Below are positions 1 through 15,000 of a DNA stretch of 64,000 nucleotides, one piece after another. The notes under the pieces are model-generated. The model saw nothing but the letters and a program-made list of their open reading frames with translations. It was not told where the DNA came from and did no database searches. The stretch spans positions 62,001-126,000 of the forward strand of contig CM102283.1 in assembly GCA_046563655.1 (NCBI GenBank). Reading direction: 5' to 3'. Origin of the DNA: Yuukianura sp. NJ FZ-2021 (taxonomy: Eukaryota). Every line of letters begins with the position of its first letter. Position 1 is the stretch's first letter. Made by a program: the position numbers and the translations under genes.

Positions 1-3000
1 AAACTCCCCAAAAAGTCATTCTGAGCTATCTGAGAACTAAAAATTGCACTCCGATATTTTGCCTCGGAAAGCACATCTGAAGTGAACCAAGCTCAATTTT
101 TGTCAAAAAATTCATTTTTTTCATTCAAAACTCCCCAAAAAGTCATTCTGAGCTATCTGAGAACTAAAAATTGCACTCCGATATTTTGCCTCGGAAAGCA
201 CATCTGAAGTGAACCAAGCTCAATTTTTGTCAAAAAATTCATTTTTTTCATTCAAAACTCCCCAAAAAGTCATTCTGAGCTATCTGAGAACTAAAAATTG
301 CACTCCGATATTTTGCCTCGGAAAGCACATCTGAAGTGAACCAAGCTCAATTTTTGTCAAAAAATTCATTTTTTTCATTCAAAACTCCCCAAAAAGTCAT
401 TCTGAGCTATCTGAGAACTAAAAATTGCACTCCGATATTTTGCCTCGGAAAGCCCATCTGAAGTAAACCTAGCTCAATTTTTGTCAAAAAATTCATTTTT
501 TTTTATTCAAAACTCCCCAAAAAGTCATTCTGAGCTATCTGAGAACTAAAAATTGCACTCCGATATTTTGCCTCGGAAAGCACATCTGAAGTGAACCAAG
601 CTCAATTTTTGTCAAAAAATTCATTTTTTTCATTCAAAACTCCCCAAAAAGTCATTCTGAGCTATCTGAGAACTAAAAATTGCACTCCGATATTTTGCCT
701 CGGAAAGCACATCTGAAGTGAACCAAGCTCAATTTTTGTCAAAAAATTCATTTTTTTCATTCAAAACTCCCCAAAAAGTCATTCTGAGCTATCTGAGAAC
801 TGAAAATTGCACTCCGATATTTTGCCTCGGAAAGCACATCTGAAGTGAACCAAGCTCAATTTTTGTCAAAAAATTCATTTTTTTCATTCAAAACTCCCCA
901 AAAAGTCATTCTGAGCTATCTGAGAACTAAAAATTGCACTCCGATATTTTGCCTCGGAAAGCACATCTGAAGTGAACCAAGCTCAATTTTTGTCAAAAAA
1001 TTCATTTTTTTCATTCAAAACTCCCCAAAAAGTCATTCTGAGCTATCTGAGAACTGAAAATTGCACTCCGATATTTTGCCTCGGAAAGCCCATCTGAAGT
1101 GAACCAAGCTCAATTTTTGTCAAAAAATTCATTTTTTTCATTCAAAACTCCCCAAAAAGTCATTCTGAGCTATCTGAGAACTAAAAATTGCACTCCGATA
1201 TTTTGCCTCGGAAAGCACATCTGAAGTGAACCAAGCTCAATTTTTGTCAAAAAATTCATTTTTTTCATTCAAAACTCCCCAAAAAGTCATTCTGAGCTAT
1301 CTGAGAACTAAAAATTGCACTCCGATATTTTGCCTCGGAAAGCACATCTGAAGTGAACCAAGCTCAATTTTTGTCAAAAAATTCATTTTTTTCATTCAAA
1401 ACTCCCCAAAAAGTCATTCTGAGCTATCTGAGAACTAAAAATTGCACTCCGATATTTTGCTTCTGAAAGCCCATCTGAAGTGAACCAAGCTCAATTTTTG
1501 TCAAAAAATTCATTTTTTTCATTCAAAACTCCCCAAAAAGTCATTCTGAGCTATCTGAGAACTAAAAATTGCACTCCGATATTTTGCCTCGGAAAGCACA
1601 TCTGAAGTGAACCAAGCTCAATTTTTGTCAAAAAATTCATTTTTTTCATTCAAAACTCCCCAAAAAGTCATTCTGAGCTATCTGAGAACTAAAAATTGCA
1701 CTCCGATATTTTGCCTCGGAAAGCACATCTGAAGTGAACCAAGCTCAATTTTTGTCAAAAAATTCATTTTTTTCATTCAAAACTCCCCAAAAAGTCATTC
1801 TGAGCTATCTGAGAACTAAAAATTGCACTCCGATATTTTGCCTCGGAAAGCCCATTTGAAGTCAACCAAGCTCAATTTTTGTCCAAATAATCAATTTTGT
1901 TCATTGAAAACTCCCCAAAAAGTCATTCTGAGCTATCTGAGAACTAAAAATTGCACTCCGATATTTTGCCTCGGAAAGCACATCTGAAGTGAACCAAGCT
2001 CAATTTTGTCAAAAAATCCATTTTTTTCATTCAAAACTCCCCAAAAAGTCATTCTGAGCTATCTGAGAACTAAAAATTGCACTCCGATATTTTGCCTCGG
2101 AAAGCACATCTGAAGTGAACCAAGCTCAATTTTTGTCAAAAAATTCATTTTTTTCATTCAAAACTCCCCAAAAAGTCATTCTGAGCTATCTGAGAACTAA
2201 AAATTGCACTCCGATATTTTGCCTCGGAAAGCACATCTGAAGTGAACCAAGCTCAATTTTTGTCAAAAAATTCATTTTTTTCATTCAAAACTCCCCAAAA
2301 AGTCATTCTGAGCTATCTGAGAACTAAAAATTGCACTCCGATATTTTGCCTCGGAAAGCACATCTGAAGTGAACCAAGCTCAATTTTTGTCAAAAAATTC
2401 ATTTTTTTCATTCAAAACTCCCCAAAAAGTCATTCTGAGCTATCTGAGAACTAAAAATTGCACTCCGATATTTTGCATCGGAAAGCCCATCTGAAGTGAA
2501 CCAATCTCACTTTTTGTCAAAAAATTCATTTTTTTCATTCAAAACTCCCCAAAAAGTCATTCTGAGCTATCTGAGAACTAAAAATTGCACTCCGATATTT
2601 TGCCTCGGAAAGCACATCTGAAGTGAACCAAGCTCAATTTTTGTCAAAAAATTCATTTTTTTCATTCAAAACTCCCCAAAAAGTCATTCTGAGCTATCTG
2701 AGAACTAAAAATTGCACTCCGATATTTTGCTTCGGAAAGCACATCTGAAGTGAACCAAGCTCAATTTTTGTCAAAAAATTCATTTTTTTCATTCAAAACT
2801 CCCCAAAAAGTCATTCTGAGCTATCTGAGAACTAAAAATTGCACTCCGATATTTTGCCTCGGAAAGCACATCTGAAGTGAACCAAGCTCAATTTTTGTCA
2901 AAAAATTCATTTTTTTCATTCAAAACTCCCCAAAAAGTCATTCTGAGCTATCTGAGAACTAAAAATTGCACTCCGATATTTTGCCTCGGAAAGCACATCT

Positions 3001-6000
3001 GAAGTGAACCAAGCTCAATTTTTGTCAAAAAATTCATTTTTTTCATTCAAAACTCCCCAAAAAGTCATTCTGAGCTATCTGAGAACTGAAAATTGCACTC
3101 CGATATTTTGCCTCGGAAAGCACATCTGAAGTGAACCAAGCTCAATTTTTGTCAAAAAATTCATTTTTTTCATTCAAAACTCCCCAAAAAGTCATTCTGA
3201 GCTATCTGAGAACTAAAAATTGCACTCCGATATTTTGCCTCGGAAAGCACATCTGAAGTGAACCAAGCTCAATTTTTGTCAAAAAATTCATTTTTTTCAT
3301 TCAAAACTCCCCAAAAAGTCATTCTGAGCTATCTGAGAACTAAAAATTGCACTCCGATATTTTGCCTCGGAAAGCACATCTGAAGTGAACCAAGCTCAAT
3401 TTTTGTCAAAAAATTCATTTTTTTCATTCAAAACTCCCCAAAAAGTCATTCTGAGCTATCTGAGAACTAAAAATTGCACTCCGATATTTTGCCTCGGAAA
3501 GCACATCTGAAGTGAACCAAGCTCAATTTTTGTCAAAAAATTCATTTTTTTCATTCAAAACTCCCCAAAAAGTCATTCTGAGCTATCTGAGAACTAAAAA
3601 TTGCACTCCGATATTTTGCCTCGGAAAGCACATCTGAAGTGAACCAAGCTCAATTTTTGTCAAAAAATTCATTTTTTTCATTCAAAACTCCCCAAAAAGT
3701 CATTCTGAGCTATCTGAGAACTAAAAATTGCACTCCGATATTTTGCCTCGGAAAGCACATCTGAAGTGAACCAAGCTCAATTTTTGTCAAAAAATTCATT
3801 TTTTTCATTCAAAACTCCCCAAAAAGTCATTCTGAGCTATCTGAGAACTAAAAATTGCACTCCGATATTTTGCCTCGGAAAGCACATCTGAAGTGAACCA
3901 AGCTCAATTTTTGTCAAAAAATTCATTTTTTTCATTCAAAACTCCCCAAAAAGTCATTCTGAGCTATCTGAGAACTAAAAATTGCACTCCGATATTTTGC
4001 CTCGGAAAGCACATCTGAAGTGAACCAAGCTCAATTTTTGTCAAAAAATTCATTTTTTTCATTCAAAACTCCCCAAAAAGTCATTCTGAGCTATCTGAGA
4101 ACTAAAAATTGCACTCCGATATTTTGCCTCGGAAAGCACATCTGAAGTGAACCAAGCTCAATTTTTGTCAAAAAATTCATTTTTTTCATTCAAAACTCCC
4201 CAAAAAGTCATTCTGAGCTATCTGAGAACTGAAAATTGCACTCCGATATTTTGCCTCGGAAAGCCCATCTGAAGTGAACCAAGCTCAATTTTTGTCAAAA
4301 AATTCATTTTTTTCATTCAAAACTCCCCAAAAAGTCATTCTGAGCTATCTGAGAACTGAAAATTGCACTCCGATATTTTGCTTCTGAAAGCCCATCTGAA
4401 GTCAACCAATCTCAATTTTTGTCAAAAAAATCAATTTTGTTCATTGAAAACTCCCCAAAAAGTCATTCTGAGCTATCTGAGAACTAAAAATTGCACTCCG
4501 ATATTTTGCCTCGGAAAGCACATCTGAAGTGAACCAAGCTCAATTTTTGTCAAAAAATTCATTTTTTTCATTCAAAACTCCCCAAAAAGTCATTCTGAGC
4601 TATCTGAGAACTAAAAATTGCACTCCGATATTTTGCCTCGGAAAGCACATCTGAAGTGAACCAAGCTCAATTTTTGTCAAAAAATTCATTTTTTTCATTC
4701 AAAACTCCCCAAAAAGTCATTCTGAGCTATCTGAGAACTGAAAATTGCACTCCGATATTTTGCCTCGGAAAGCACATCTGAAGTGAACCAAGCTCAATTT
4801 TTGTCAAAAAATTCATTTTTTTCATTCAAAACTCCCCAAAAAGTCATTCTGAGCTATCTGAGAACTGAAAATTGCACTCCGATATTTTGCCTCGGAAAGC
4901 CCATCTGAAGTGAACCAAGCTCAATTTTTGTCAAAAAATTCATTTTTTTCATTCAAAACTCCCCAAAAAGTCATTCTGAGCTATCTGAGAACTAAAAATT
5001 GCACTCCGATATTTTGCCTCGGAAAGCCCATCTGAAGTCGGCGAATCTCAATTTTTGTCAAAAAATTCATTTTTTTCATTCAAAACTCCCCAAAAAGTCA
5101 TTCTGAGCTATCTGAGAACTAAAAATTGCACTCCGATATTTTGCCTCGGAAAGCACATCTGAAGTGAACCAAGCTCAATTTTTGTCAAAAAATTCATTTT
5201 TTTCATTCAAAACTCCCCAAAAAGTCATTCTGAGCTATCTGAGAACTAAAAATTGCACTCCGATATTTTGCCTCGGAAAGCCCATCTGAAGTAAACCTAG
5301 CTCAATTTTTGTCAAAAAATTCATTTTTTTTATTCAAAACTCCCCAAAAAGTCATTCTGAGCTATCTGAGAACTGAAAATTGCACTCCGATATTTTGCTT
5401 CGGAAAGCCCATCTGAAGTGAACCAAGCTCAATTTTTGTCAAAAAATTCATTTTTTTCATTCAAAACTCCCCAAAAAGTCATTCTGAGCTATCTGAGAAC
5501 TAAAAATTGCACTCCGATATTTTGCCTCGGAAAGCACATCTGAAGTGAACCAAGCTCAATTTTTGTCAAAAAATTCATTTTTTTCATTCAAAACTCCCCA
5601 AAAAGTCATTCTGAGCTATCTGAGAACTAAAAATTGCACTCCGATATTTTGCCTCGGAAAGCACATCTGAAGTGAACCAAGCTCAATTTTTGTCAAAAAA
5701 TTCATTTTTTTCATTCAAAACTCCCCAAAAAGTCATTCTGAGCTATCTGAGAACTGAAAATTGCACTCCGATATTTTGCCTCGGAAAGCACATCTGAAGT
5801 GAACCAAGCTCAATTTTTGTCAAAAAATTCATTTTTTTCATTCAAAACTCCCCAAAAAGTCATTCTGAGCTATCTGAGAACTAAAAATTGCACTCCGATA
5901 TTTTGCCTCGGAAAGCCCATCTGAAGTCGGCGAATCTCAATTTTTGTCAAAAAATTCATTTTTTTCATTCAAAACTCCCCAAAAAGTCATTCTGAGCTAT

Positions 6001-9000
6001 CTGAGAACTGAAAATTGCACTCCGATATTTTGCCTCGGAAAGCCCATCTGAAGTGAACCAAGCTCAATTTTTGTCAAAAAATTCATTTTTTTCATTCAAA
6101 ACTCCCCAAAAAGTCATTCTGAGCTATCTGAGAACTAAAAATTGCACTCCGATATTTTGCCTCGGAAAGCCCATCTGAAGTCGGCGAATCTCAATTTTTG
6201 TCAAAAAATTCATTTTTTTCATTCAAAACTCCCCAAAAAGTCATTCTGAGCTATCTGAGAACTAAAAATTGCACTCCGATATTTTGCCTCGGAAAGCACA
6301 TCTGAAGTGAACCAAGCTCAATTTTTGTCAAAAAATTCATTTTTTTCATTCAAAACTCCCCAAAAAGTCATTCTGAGCTATCTGAGAACTGAAAATTGCA
6401 CTCCGATATTTTGCCTTCGGAAAGCCCATCTGAAGTGAACCAAGCTCAATTTTTGTCAAAAAATTCATTTTTTTCATTCAAAACTCCCCAAAAAGTCATT
6501 CTGAGCTATCTGAGAACTGAAAATTGCACTCCGATATTTTGCCTCGGAAAGCCCATCTGAAGTGAACCAAGCTCAATTTTTGTCAAAAAATTCATTTTTT
6601 TCATTCAAAACTCCCCAAAAAGTCATTCTGAGCTATCTGAGAACTGAAAATTGCACTCCGATATTTTGCCTCGGAAAGCACATCTGAAGTGAACCAAGCT
6701 CAATTTTTGTCAAAAAATTCATTTTTTTCATTCAAAACTCCCCAAAAAGTCATTCTGAGCTATCTGAGAACTGAAAATTGCACTCCGATATTTTGCCTCG
6801 GAAAGCCCATCTGAAGTGAACCAAGCTCAATTTTTGTCAAAAAATTCATTTTTTTCATTCAAAACTCCCCAAAAAGTCATTCTGAGCTATCTGAGAACTA
6901 AAAATTGCACTCCGATATTTTGCCTCGGAAAGCCCATCTGAAGTCGGCGAATCTCAATTTTTGTCAAAAAATTCATTTTTTTCATTCAAAACTCCCCAAA
7001 AAGTCATTCTGAGCTATCTGAGAACTGAAAATTGCACTCCGATATTTTGCCTCGGAAAGCCCATCTGAAGTGAACCAAGCTCAATTTTTGTCAAAAAATT
7101 CATTTTTTTCATTCAAAACTCCCCAAAAAGTCATTCTGAGCTATCTGAGAACTAAAAATTGCACTCCGATATTTTGCATCGGAAAGCCCATCTGAAGTGA
7201 ACCAATCTCAATTTTTGTCCAAAAAATCAATTTTGTTCATTGAAAACTCCCCAAAAAGTCATTCTGAGCTATCTGAGAACTGAAAATTGCACTCCGATAT
7301 TTTGCATCGGAAAGCCCATCTGAAGTGAACCAAGCTCAATTTTTGTCAAAAAATTCATTTTTTTCATTCAAAACTCCCCAAAAAGTCATTCTGAGCTATC
7401 TGAGAACTAAAAATTGCACTCCGATATTTTGCCTCGGAAAGCACATCTGAAGTGAACCAAGCTCAATTTTTGTCAAAAAATTCATTTTTTTCATTCAAAA
7501 CTCCCCAAAAAGTCATTCTGAGCTATCTGAGAACTAAAAATTGCACTCCGATATTTTGCCTCGGAAAGCCCATCTGAAGTGAACCAATCTCACTTTTTGT
7601 CAAAAAATTCATTTTTTTCATTCAAAACTCCCCAAAAAGTCATTCTGAGCTATCTGAGAACTAAAAATTGCACTCCGATATTTTGCCTCGGAAAGCACAT
7701 CTGAAGTGAACCAAGCTCAATTTTTGTCAAAAAATTCATTTTTTTCATTCAAAACTCCCCAGAAAGTCATTCTGAGCTATCTGAGAACTGAAAATTGCAC
7801 TCCGATATTTTGCTTCTGAAAGCCCATCTGAAGTGAACCAATCTCACTTTTTGTCAAAAAATTCATTTTTTTCATTCAAAACTCCCCAAAAAGTCATTCT
7901 GAGCTATCTGAGAACTAAAAATTGCAATGCGATATTTTGCCTCGGAAAGCACACCTGAAGTGAACCAAGCTCAATTTTTGTCAAAAAATTCATTTTTTTC
8001 ATTCAAAACTCCCCAAAAAGTCATTCTGAGCTATCTGAGAACTAAAAATTGCACTCCGATATTTTGCCTCGGAAAGCACATCTGAAGTGAACCAAGCTCA
8101 ATTTTTGTCAAAAAATTCATTTTTTTCATTCAAAACTCCCCAAAAAGTCATTCTGAGCTATCTGAGAACTGAAAATTGCACTCCGATATTTTGCTTCGGA
8201 AAGCCCATCTGAAGTGAACCAAGCTCAATTTTTGTCAAAAAATTCATTTTTTTCATTCAAAACTCCCCAAAAAGTCATTCTGAGCTATCTGAGAACTGAA
8301 AATTGCACTCCGATATTTTGCTTCGGAAAGCCCATCTGAAGTGAACCAAGCTCAATTTTTGTCAAAAAATTCATTTTGTTCATTCAAAACTCCCCAAAAA
8401 GTCATTCTGAGCTATCTGAGAACTGAAAATTGCACTCCGATATTTTGCTTCTGAAAGCCCATCTGAAGTGAACCAAGCTCAATTTTGTCAAAAAATCCAT
8501 TTTTTTTCATTCAAAACTCCCCAAAAAGTCATTCTGAGCTATCTGAGAACTAAAAATTGCACTCCGGTATTTTGCCTCGGAAAGCCCATCTGAAGTCGGC
8601 GAATCTCAATTTTTGTCAAAAAATTCATTTTTTTCATTCAAAACTCCCCAAAAAGTCATTCTGAGCTATCTGAGAACTGAAAATTGCACTCCGATATTTT
8701 GCCTCGGAAAGCCCATCTGAAGTGAACCAAGCTCAATTTTTGTCCAAAAAATCAATTTTGTTCATTGAAAACTCCCCAAAAAGTCATTCTGAGCTATCTG
8801 AGAACTGAAAATTGCACTCCGATATTTTGCCTCGGAAAGCCCATCTGAAGTGAACCAAGCTCAATTTTTGTCAAAAAAATCAATTTTGTTCATTGAAAAC
8901 TCCCCAAAAAGTCATTCTGAGCTATCTGAGAACTAAAAATTGCACTCCGATATTTTGCCTCGGAAAGCCCATCTGAAGTAAACCTAGCTCAATTTTGTCA

Positions 9001-12000
9001 AAAAATTCATTTTTTTTATTCAAAACTCCCCAAAAAGTCATTCTGAGCTATCTGAGAACTGAAAATTGCACTCCGATATTTTGCCTCGGAAAGCACATCT
9101 GAAGTGAACCAAGCTCAATTTTTGTCAAAAAATTCATTTTTTTCATTCAAAACTCCCCAAAAAGTCATTCTGAGCTATCTGAGAACTGAAAATTGCACTC
9201 CGATATTTTGCTTCGGAAAGCCCATCTGAAGTGAACCAAGCTCAATTTTTGTCAAAAAATTCATTTTTTTCATTCAAAACTCCCCAAAAAGTCATTCTGA
9301 GCTATCTGAGAACTGAAAATTGCACTCCGATATTTTGCTTCGGAAAGCCCATCTGAAGTGAACCAAGCTCAATTTTTGTCAAAAAATTCATTTTTTTCAT
9401 TCAAAACTCCCCAAAAAGTCATTCTGAGCTATCTGAGAACTGAAAATTGCACTCCGATATTTTGCCTCGGAAAGCACATCTGAAGTGAACCAAGCTCAAT
9501 TTTTGTCAAAAAATTCATTTTTTTCATTCAAAACTCCCCAAAAAGTCATTCTGAGCTATCTGAGAACTGAAAATTGCACTCCGATATTTTGCCTCGGAAA
9601 GCCCATCTGAAGTGAACCAAGCTCAATTTTTGTCAAAAAATTCATTTTTTTCATTCAAAACTCCCCAAAAAGTCATTCTGAGCTATCTGAGAACTGAAAA
9701 TTGCACTCCGATATTTTGCCTCGGAAAGCCCATCTGAAGTGAACCAAGCTCAATTTTTGTCAAAAAATTCATTTTTTTCATTCAAAACTCCCCAAAAAGT
9801 CATTCTGAGCTATCTGAGAACTAAAAATTGCACTCCGATATTTTGCTTCGGAAAGCACATCTGAAGTGAACCAAGCTCAATTTTTGTCAAAAAATTCATT
9901 TTTTTCATTCAAAACTCCCCAAAAAGTCATTCTGAGCTATCTGAGAACTAAAAATTGCACTCCGATATTTTGCATCGGAAAGCACATCTGAAGTGAACCA
10001 AGCTCAATTTTTGTCAAAAAATTCATTTTTTTTTCATTCAAAACTCCCCAAAAAGTCATTCTGAGCTATCTGAGAACTAAAAATTGCACTCCGATATTTT
10101 GCTTCTGAAAGCCCATCTGAAGTGAACCAAGCTCACTTTTTGTCAAAAAATTCATTTTTTTCATTCAAAACTCCCCAAAAAGTCATTCTGAGCTATCTGA
10201 GAACTGAAAATTGCACTCCGATATTTTGCTTCGGAAAGCCCATCTGAAGTGAACCAAGCTCAATTTTTGTCAAAAAATTCATTTTTTTCATTCAAAACTC
10301 CCCAGAAAGTCATTCTGAGCTATCTGAGAACTGAAAATTGCACTCCGATATTTTGCTTCTGAAAGCCCATCTGAAGTGAACCAATCTCACTTTTTGTCAA
10401 AAAATCAATTTTGTTCATTAATAACTCCCCAAAAAGTCATTCTGAGCTATCTGAGAACTGAAAATTGCACTCCGATATTTTGCCTCGGAAAGCCCATCTG
10501 AAGTGAACCAAGCTCAATTTTTGTCAAAAAATTCATTTTTTTCATTGAAATCTCCCCAAAAAGTCATTCTGAGCTATCTGAGAACTGAAAATTCCACTCC
10601 GATATTATGCCTCGGAAAGCCCATCTGAAGTGAACCAAGCTCAATTTTTGTCAAAAAATCTATTTTTTCATTGAAAACTCCCCAAAAAGTCATTCTGAGC
10701 TATCTGAGAACTGAAAATTCCACTCCCATATTTTGCTTCTGAAAGCCCATCTGAAGTGAACCAAGCTCAATTTTTGTCAAAAAATTCATTTTTTTCATTC
10801 AAAACTCCCCAAAAAGTCATTCTGAGCTATCTGAGAACTGAAAATTGCACTCCGATATTTTGCCTCGGAAAGCCCATCTGAAGTGAACCTATCTCAATTT
10901 TTGTCAAAAAATTCATTTTTTTCATTCAAAACTACCCAAAAAGTCATTCTGAGCTATCTGAGAACTGAAAATTGCACTCCGATATTTTGCCTCGGAATGC
11001 CCATCTGAAGTGAACCAAGCTCAATTTTTGTCAAAAAATTCAATTTTTTCATTCAAAACTCCCCAAAAAGTCATTCTGAGCTATCTGAGAACTAAAAATT
11101 GCACTCCGATATTTTGCCTCGGAAAGCCCATCTGAAGTAAACCTAGCTCAATTTTGTCAAAAAATTCATTTTTTTTATTCAAAACTCCCCAAAAAGTCAT
11201 TCTGAGCTATCTGAGAACTGAAAATTGCACTCCGATATTTTGCCTCGGAAAGCACATCTGAAGTGAACCAAGCTCAATTTTTGTCAAAAAAATCCATTTT
11301 TTTCATTGAAAACTCCCCAAAAAGTCATTCTGAGCTATCTGAGAACTGAAAATTGCACTCCGATATTTTGCGTCGGAAAGCACATCTGAAGTGAACCAAG
11401 CTCAATTTTTGTCAAAAAATTCATTTTTTTCATTCAAAACTCCCCAAAAAGTCATTCTGAGCTATCTGAGAACTGAAAATTGCACTCCGATATTTTGCCT
11501 CGGAAAGCCCATCTGAAGTGAACCAAGCTCAATTTTTGTCAAAAAATTCATTTTTTTCATTCAAAACTCCCCAAAAAGTCATTCTGAGCTATCTGAGAAC
11601 TGAAAATTGCACTCCGATATTTTGCTTCGGAAAGCCCATCTGAAGTGAACCAAGCTCAATTTTTGTCAAAAAATTCATTTTGTTCATTCAAAACTCCCCA
11701 AAAAGTCATTCTGAGCTATCTGAGAACTGAAAATTGCACTCCGATATTTTGCCTCGGAAAGCCCATCTGAAGTGAACCAAGCTCAATTTTTGTCAAAAAA
11801 TTCATTTTTTTCATTCAAAACTCCCCAAAAAGTCATTCTGAGCTATCTGAGAACTGAAAATTGCACTCCGATATTTTGCTTCGGAAAGCCCATCTGAAGT
11901 GAACCAAGCTCAATTTTTGTCAAAAAATTCAATTTTTTCATTGAAAACTCCCCAAAAAGTCATTCTGAGCTATCTGAGAACTGAAAATTGCACTCCGATA

Positions 12001-15000
12001 TTTTGCCTCGGAAAGCCCATCTGAAGTCAACCAATCTCAATTTTTGTCCAAAAAATCAATTTTGTTCATTGAAAACTCCCCAAAAAGTCATTCTGAGCTA
12101 TCTGAGAACTGAAAATTGCACTCCGATATTTTGCTTCTGAAAGCCCATCTGAAGTGAACCTAGCTCAATTTTGTCAAAAAATTCATTTTTTTCATTCAAA
12201 ACTCCCCAAAAAGTCATTCTGAGCTATCTGAGAACTGAAAATTGCACTCCGATATTTTGCTTCGGAAAGCCCATCTGAAGTGAACCAAGCTCAATTTTTG
12301 TCAAAAAATTCATTTTTTTCATTCAAAACTCCCCAAAAAGTCATTCTGAGCTATCTGAGAACTGAAAATTGCACTCCGATATTTTGCCTCGGAAAGCCCA
12401 TCTGAAGTGAACCAAGCTCAATTTTTGTCAAAAAAATCATTTGTTTCATTAAATACTCCCCAAAAAGTCATTCTGAGCTATCTGAGAACTGAAAATTGCA
12501 CTCCAATATTTTGCTTCGGAGAGCCCATAAGTGAACTAAGTTCAATTTTTGTCCAAAAAATCAATTTTGTTCATTGAAAACTCCCCAAAAAGTCATTCTG
12601 AGCATTCTGAGAACTGAAAATTGCACTCCGATATTTTGCCTCGGAAAGCCCATCTGAAGTGAACCAAGCTCAATTTTTGTCAAAAAATTCATTTTTTTTC
12701 ATTCAAAACTCCCCAAAAAGTCATTCTGAGCTATCTGAGAACTGAAAATTGCACTCCGATATTTTGCTTCGGAAAGCCCATCTGAAGTGAACCAAGCTCA
12801 ATTTTTGTCAAAAAATTCATTTTTTTCATTCAAAACTCCCCAAAAAGTCATTCTGAGCTATCTGAGAACTGAAAATTGCACTCCGATATTTTGCCTCGGA
12901 AAGCTCATTTGAAGTGAACTAAGCTCAATTTTTGTCCAAAAAATCAATTTTGTTCATTGAAAACTCCCCAAAAAGTCATTCTGAGCTATCTGAGAACTGA
13001 AAATTGCAATCCGATATTTTGCCTCGGAAAGCCCATCTGAAGTGAACCAAGCTCAATTTTTGTCAAAAAATTCATTTTTTTCATTCAAAACTCCCCAAAA
13101 AGTCATTCTGAGCTATCTGAGAACTGAAAATTGCACTCCGATATTTTGCTTCGGAAAGCCCATCTGAAGTGAACCAAGCTCAATTTTTGTCAAAAAATTC
13201 AATTTTTTTTCATTCAAAACTCCCCAAAAAGTCATTCTGAGCTTTCTGAGAACTGAAAATTGCACTCCAATATTTTGCCTCGGAAAGCCCATCTGAAGTG
13301 AACTAAGCTCAATTTTTGTCCAAAAAATCAATTTTGTTCATTGAAAACTCCCCAAAAAGTCATTCTGAGCTATCTGAGAACTGAAAATTGCACTCCGATA
13401 TTTTGCCTCGGAAAGCCCATCTGAAGTGAACCAAGCTCAATTTTTGTCAAAAAATTCATTTTTTTCATTCAAAACTCCCCAAAAAGTCATTCTGAGCTAT
13501 CTGAGAACTGAAAATTGCACTCCGATATTTTGCTTCTGAAAGCCCATCTGAAGTGAACCAAGCTCAATTTTTGTCAAAAAATTCAATTTTGTTCATTGAA
13601 AACTCCCCAAAAAGTCATTCTGAGCTATCTGAGAACTGAAAATTGCACTCCGATATTTTGCTTCGGAAAGCCCATCTGAAGTGAACCAAGCTCAATTTTT
13701 GTCAAAAAAATTAATTTTGTTCATTCAAAACTCCCCAAAAAGTCATTCTGAGCTATCTGAGAACTGAAAATTGCACTCCGATATTTTGCATCGGAAAGCC
13801 CATCTGAAGTGAACCAATCTCAATTTTTGTCAAAAAATTCCATTTTTTCATTAATAACTCCCCAAAAAGTCATTCTGAGCTATCTGAGAACTGAAAATTG
13901 CACTCCGATATTTTGCTTCTGAAAGCCCATCTGAAGTGAACCAAGCTCAATTTTTGTCAAAAAATTAATTTTTTTTCATTCAAAACTCCCCAAAAAGTCA
14001 TTCTGAGCTATCTGAGAACTGAAAATTGCACTCCGATATTTTGCGTCGGAAAGCACATCTGAAGTGAACCAAGCTCAATTTTTGTCAAAAAAATCAATTT
14101 TGTTCATTGAAAACTCCCCAAAAAGTCATTCTGAGCTATCTGAGAACTGAAAATTGCACTCCGATATTTTGCGTCGGAAAGCACATCTGAAGTGAACCAA
14201 GCTCAATTTTTGTCAAAAAATTCATTTTTTTCATTCAAAACTCCCCAAAAAGTCATTCTGAGCTATCTGAGAACTGAAAATTGCACTCCGATATTTTGCT
14301 TCTGAAAGCCCATCTGAAGTGAACCAATCTCAATTTTTGTCCAAAAAATCAATTTTGTTCATTGAAAACTCCCCAAAAAGTCATTCTGAGCTATCTGAGA
14401 ACTGAAAATTGCACTCCGATATTTTGCTTCTGAAAGCCCATCTGAAGTGAACCAATCTCACTTTTTGTCAAAAAATTCATTTTGTTCATTGAAAACTCCC
14501 CAAAAAGTCATTCTGAGCTATCTGAGAACTGAAAATTGCACTCCGATATTTTGCTTCTGAAAGCCCATCTGAAGTGAACCGATCTCAATTTTTGTCAAAA
14601 AATTCAATTTTTTTTCATTCAAAACTCCCCAAAATGTCATTCTGAGCTATCTGAGAACTGAAAATTGCACTCCGATATTTTGCTTCGGAAAGCCCATCTG
14701 AAGTGAACCAAGCTCAATTTTTGTCAAAAAATTCATTTTTTTCATTCAAAACTCCCCAAAAAGTCATTCTGAGCTATCTGAGAACTGAAAATTGCACTCC
14801 GTATTTTTGCCTCGGAAAGCCATTTGAAGTCAACCAAGCTCAATTTTTGTCCAAAAAATCAATTTTGTTCGTTGAAATCTCCCCAAAAAGTCATTCTGAG
14901 CTATCTGAGAACTGAAAATTCCACTCCCATATTTTGCTTCTGAAAGCCCATCTGAAGTGAACCAAGCTCAATTTTTGTCAAAAAATCAATTTTGTTCATT

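Noticed and set aside
13113-14915. Short ORFs 13113-13331 and 14703-14915 (also 32270-32479 and 52987-53223)
   Set aside because: Chance readings through satellite monomers or across the N gap.
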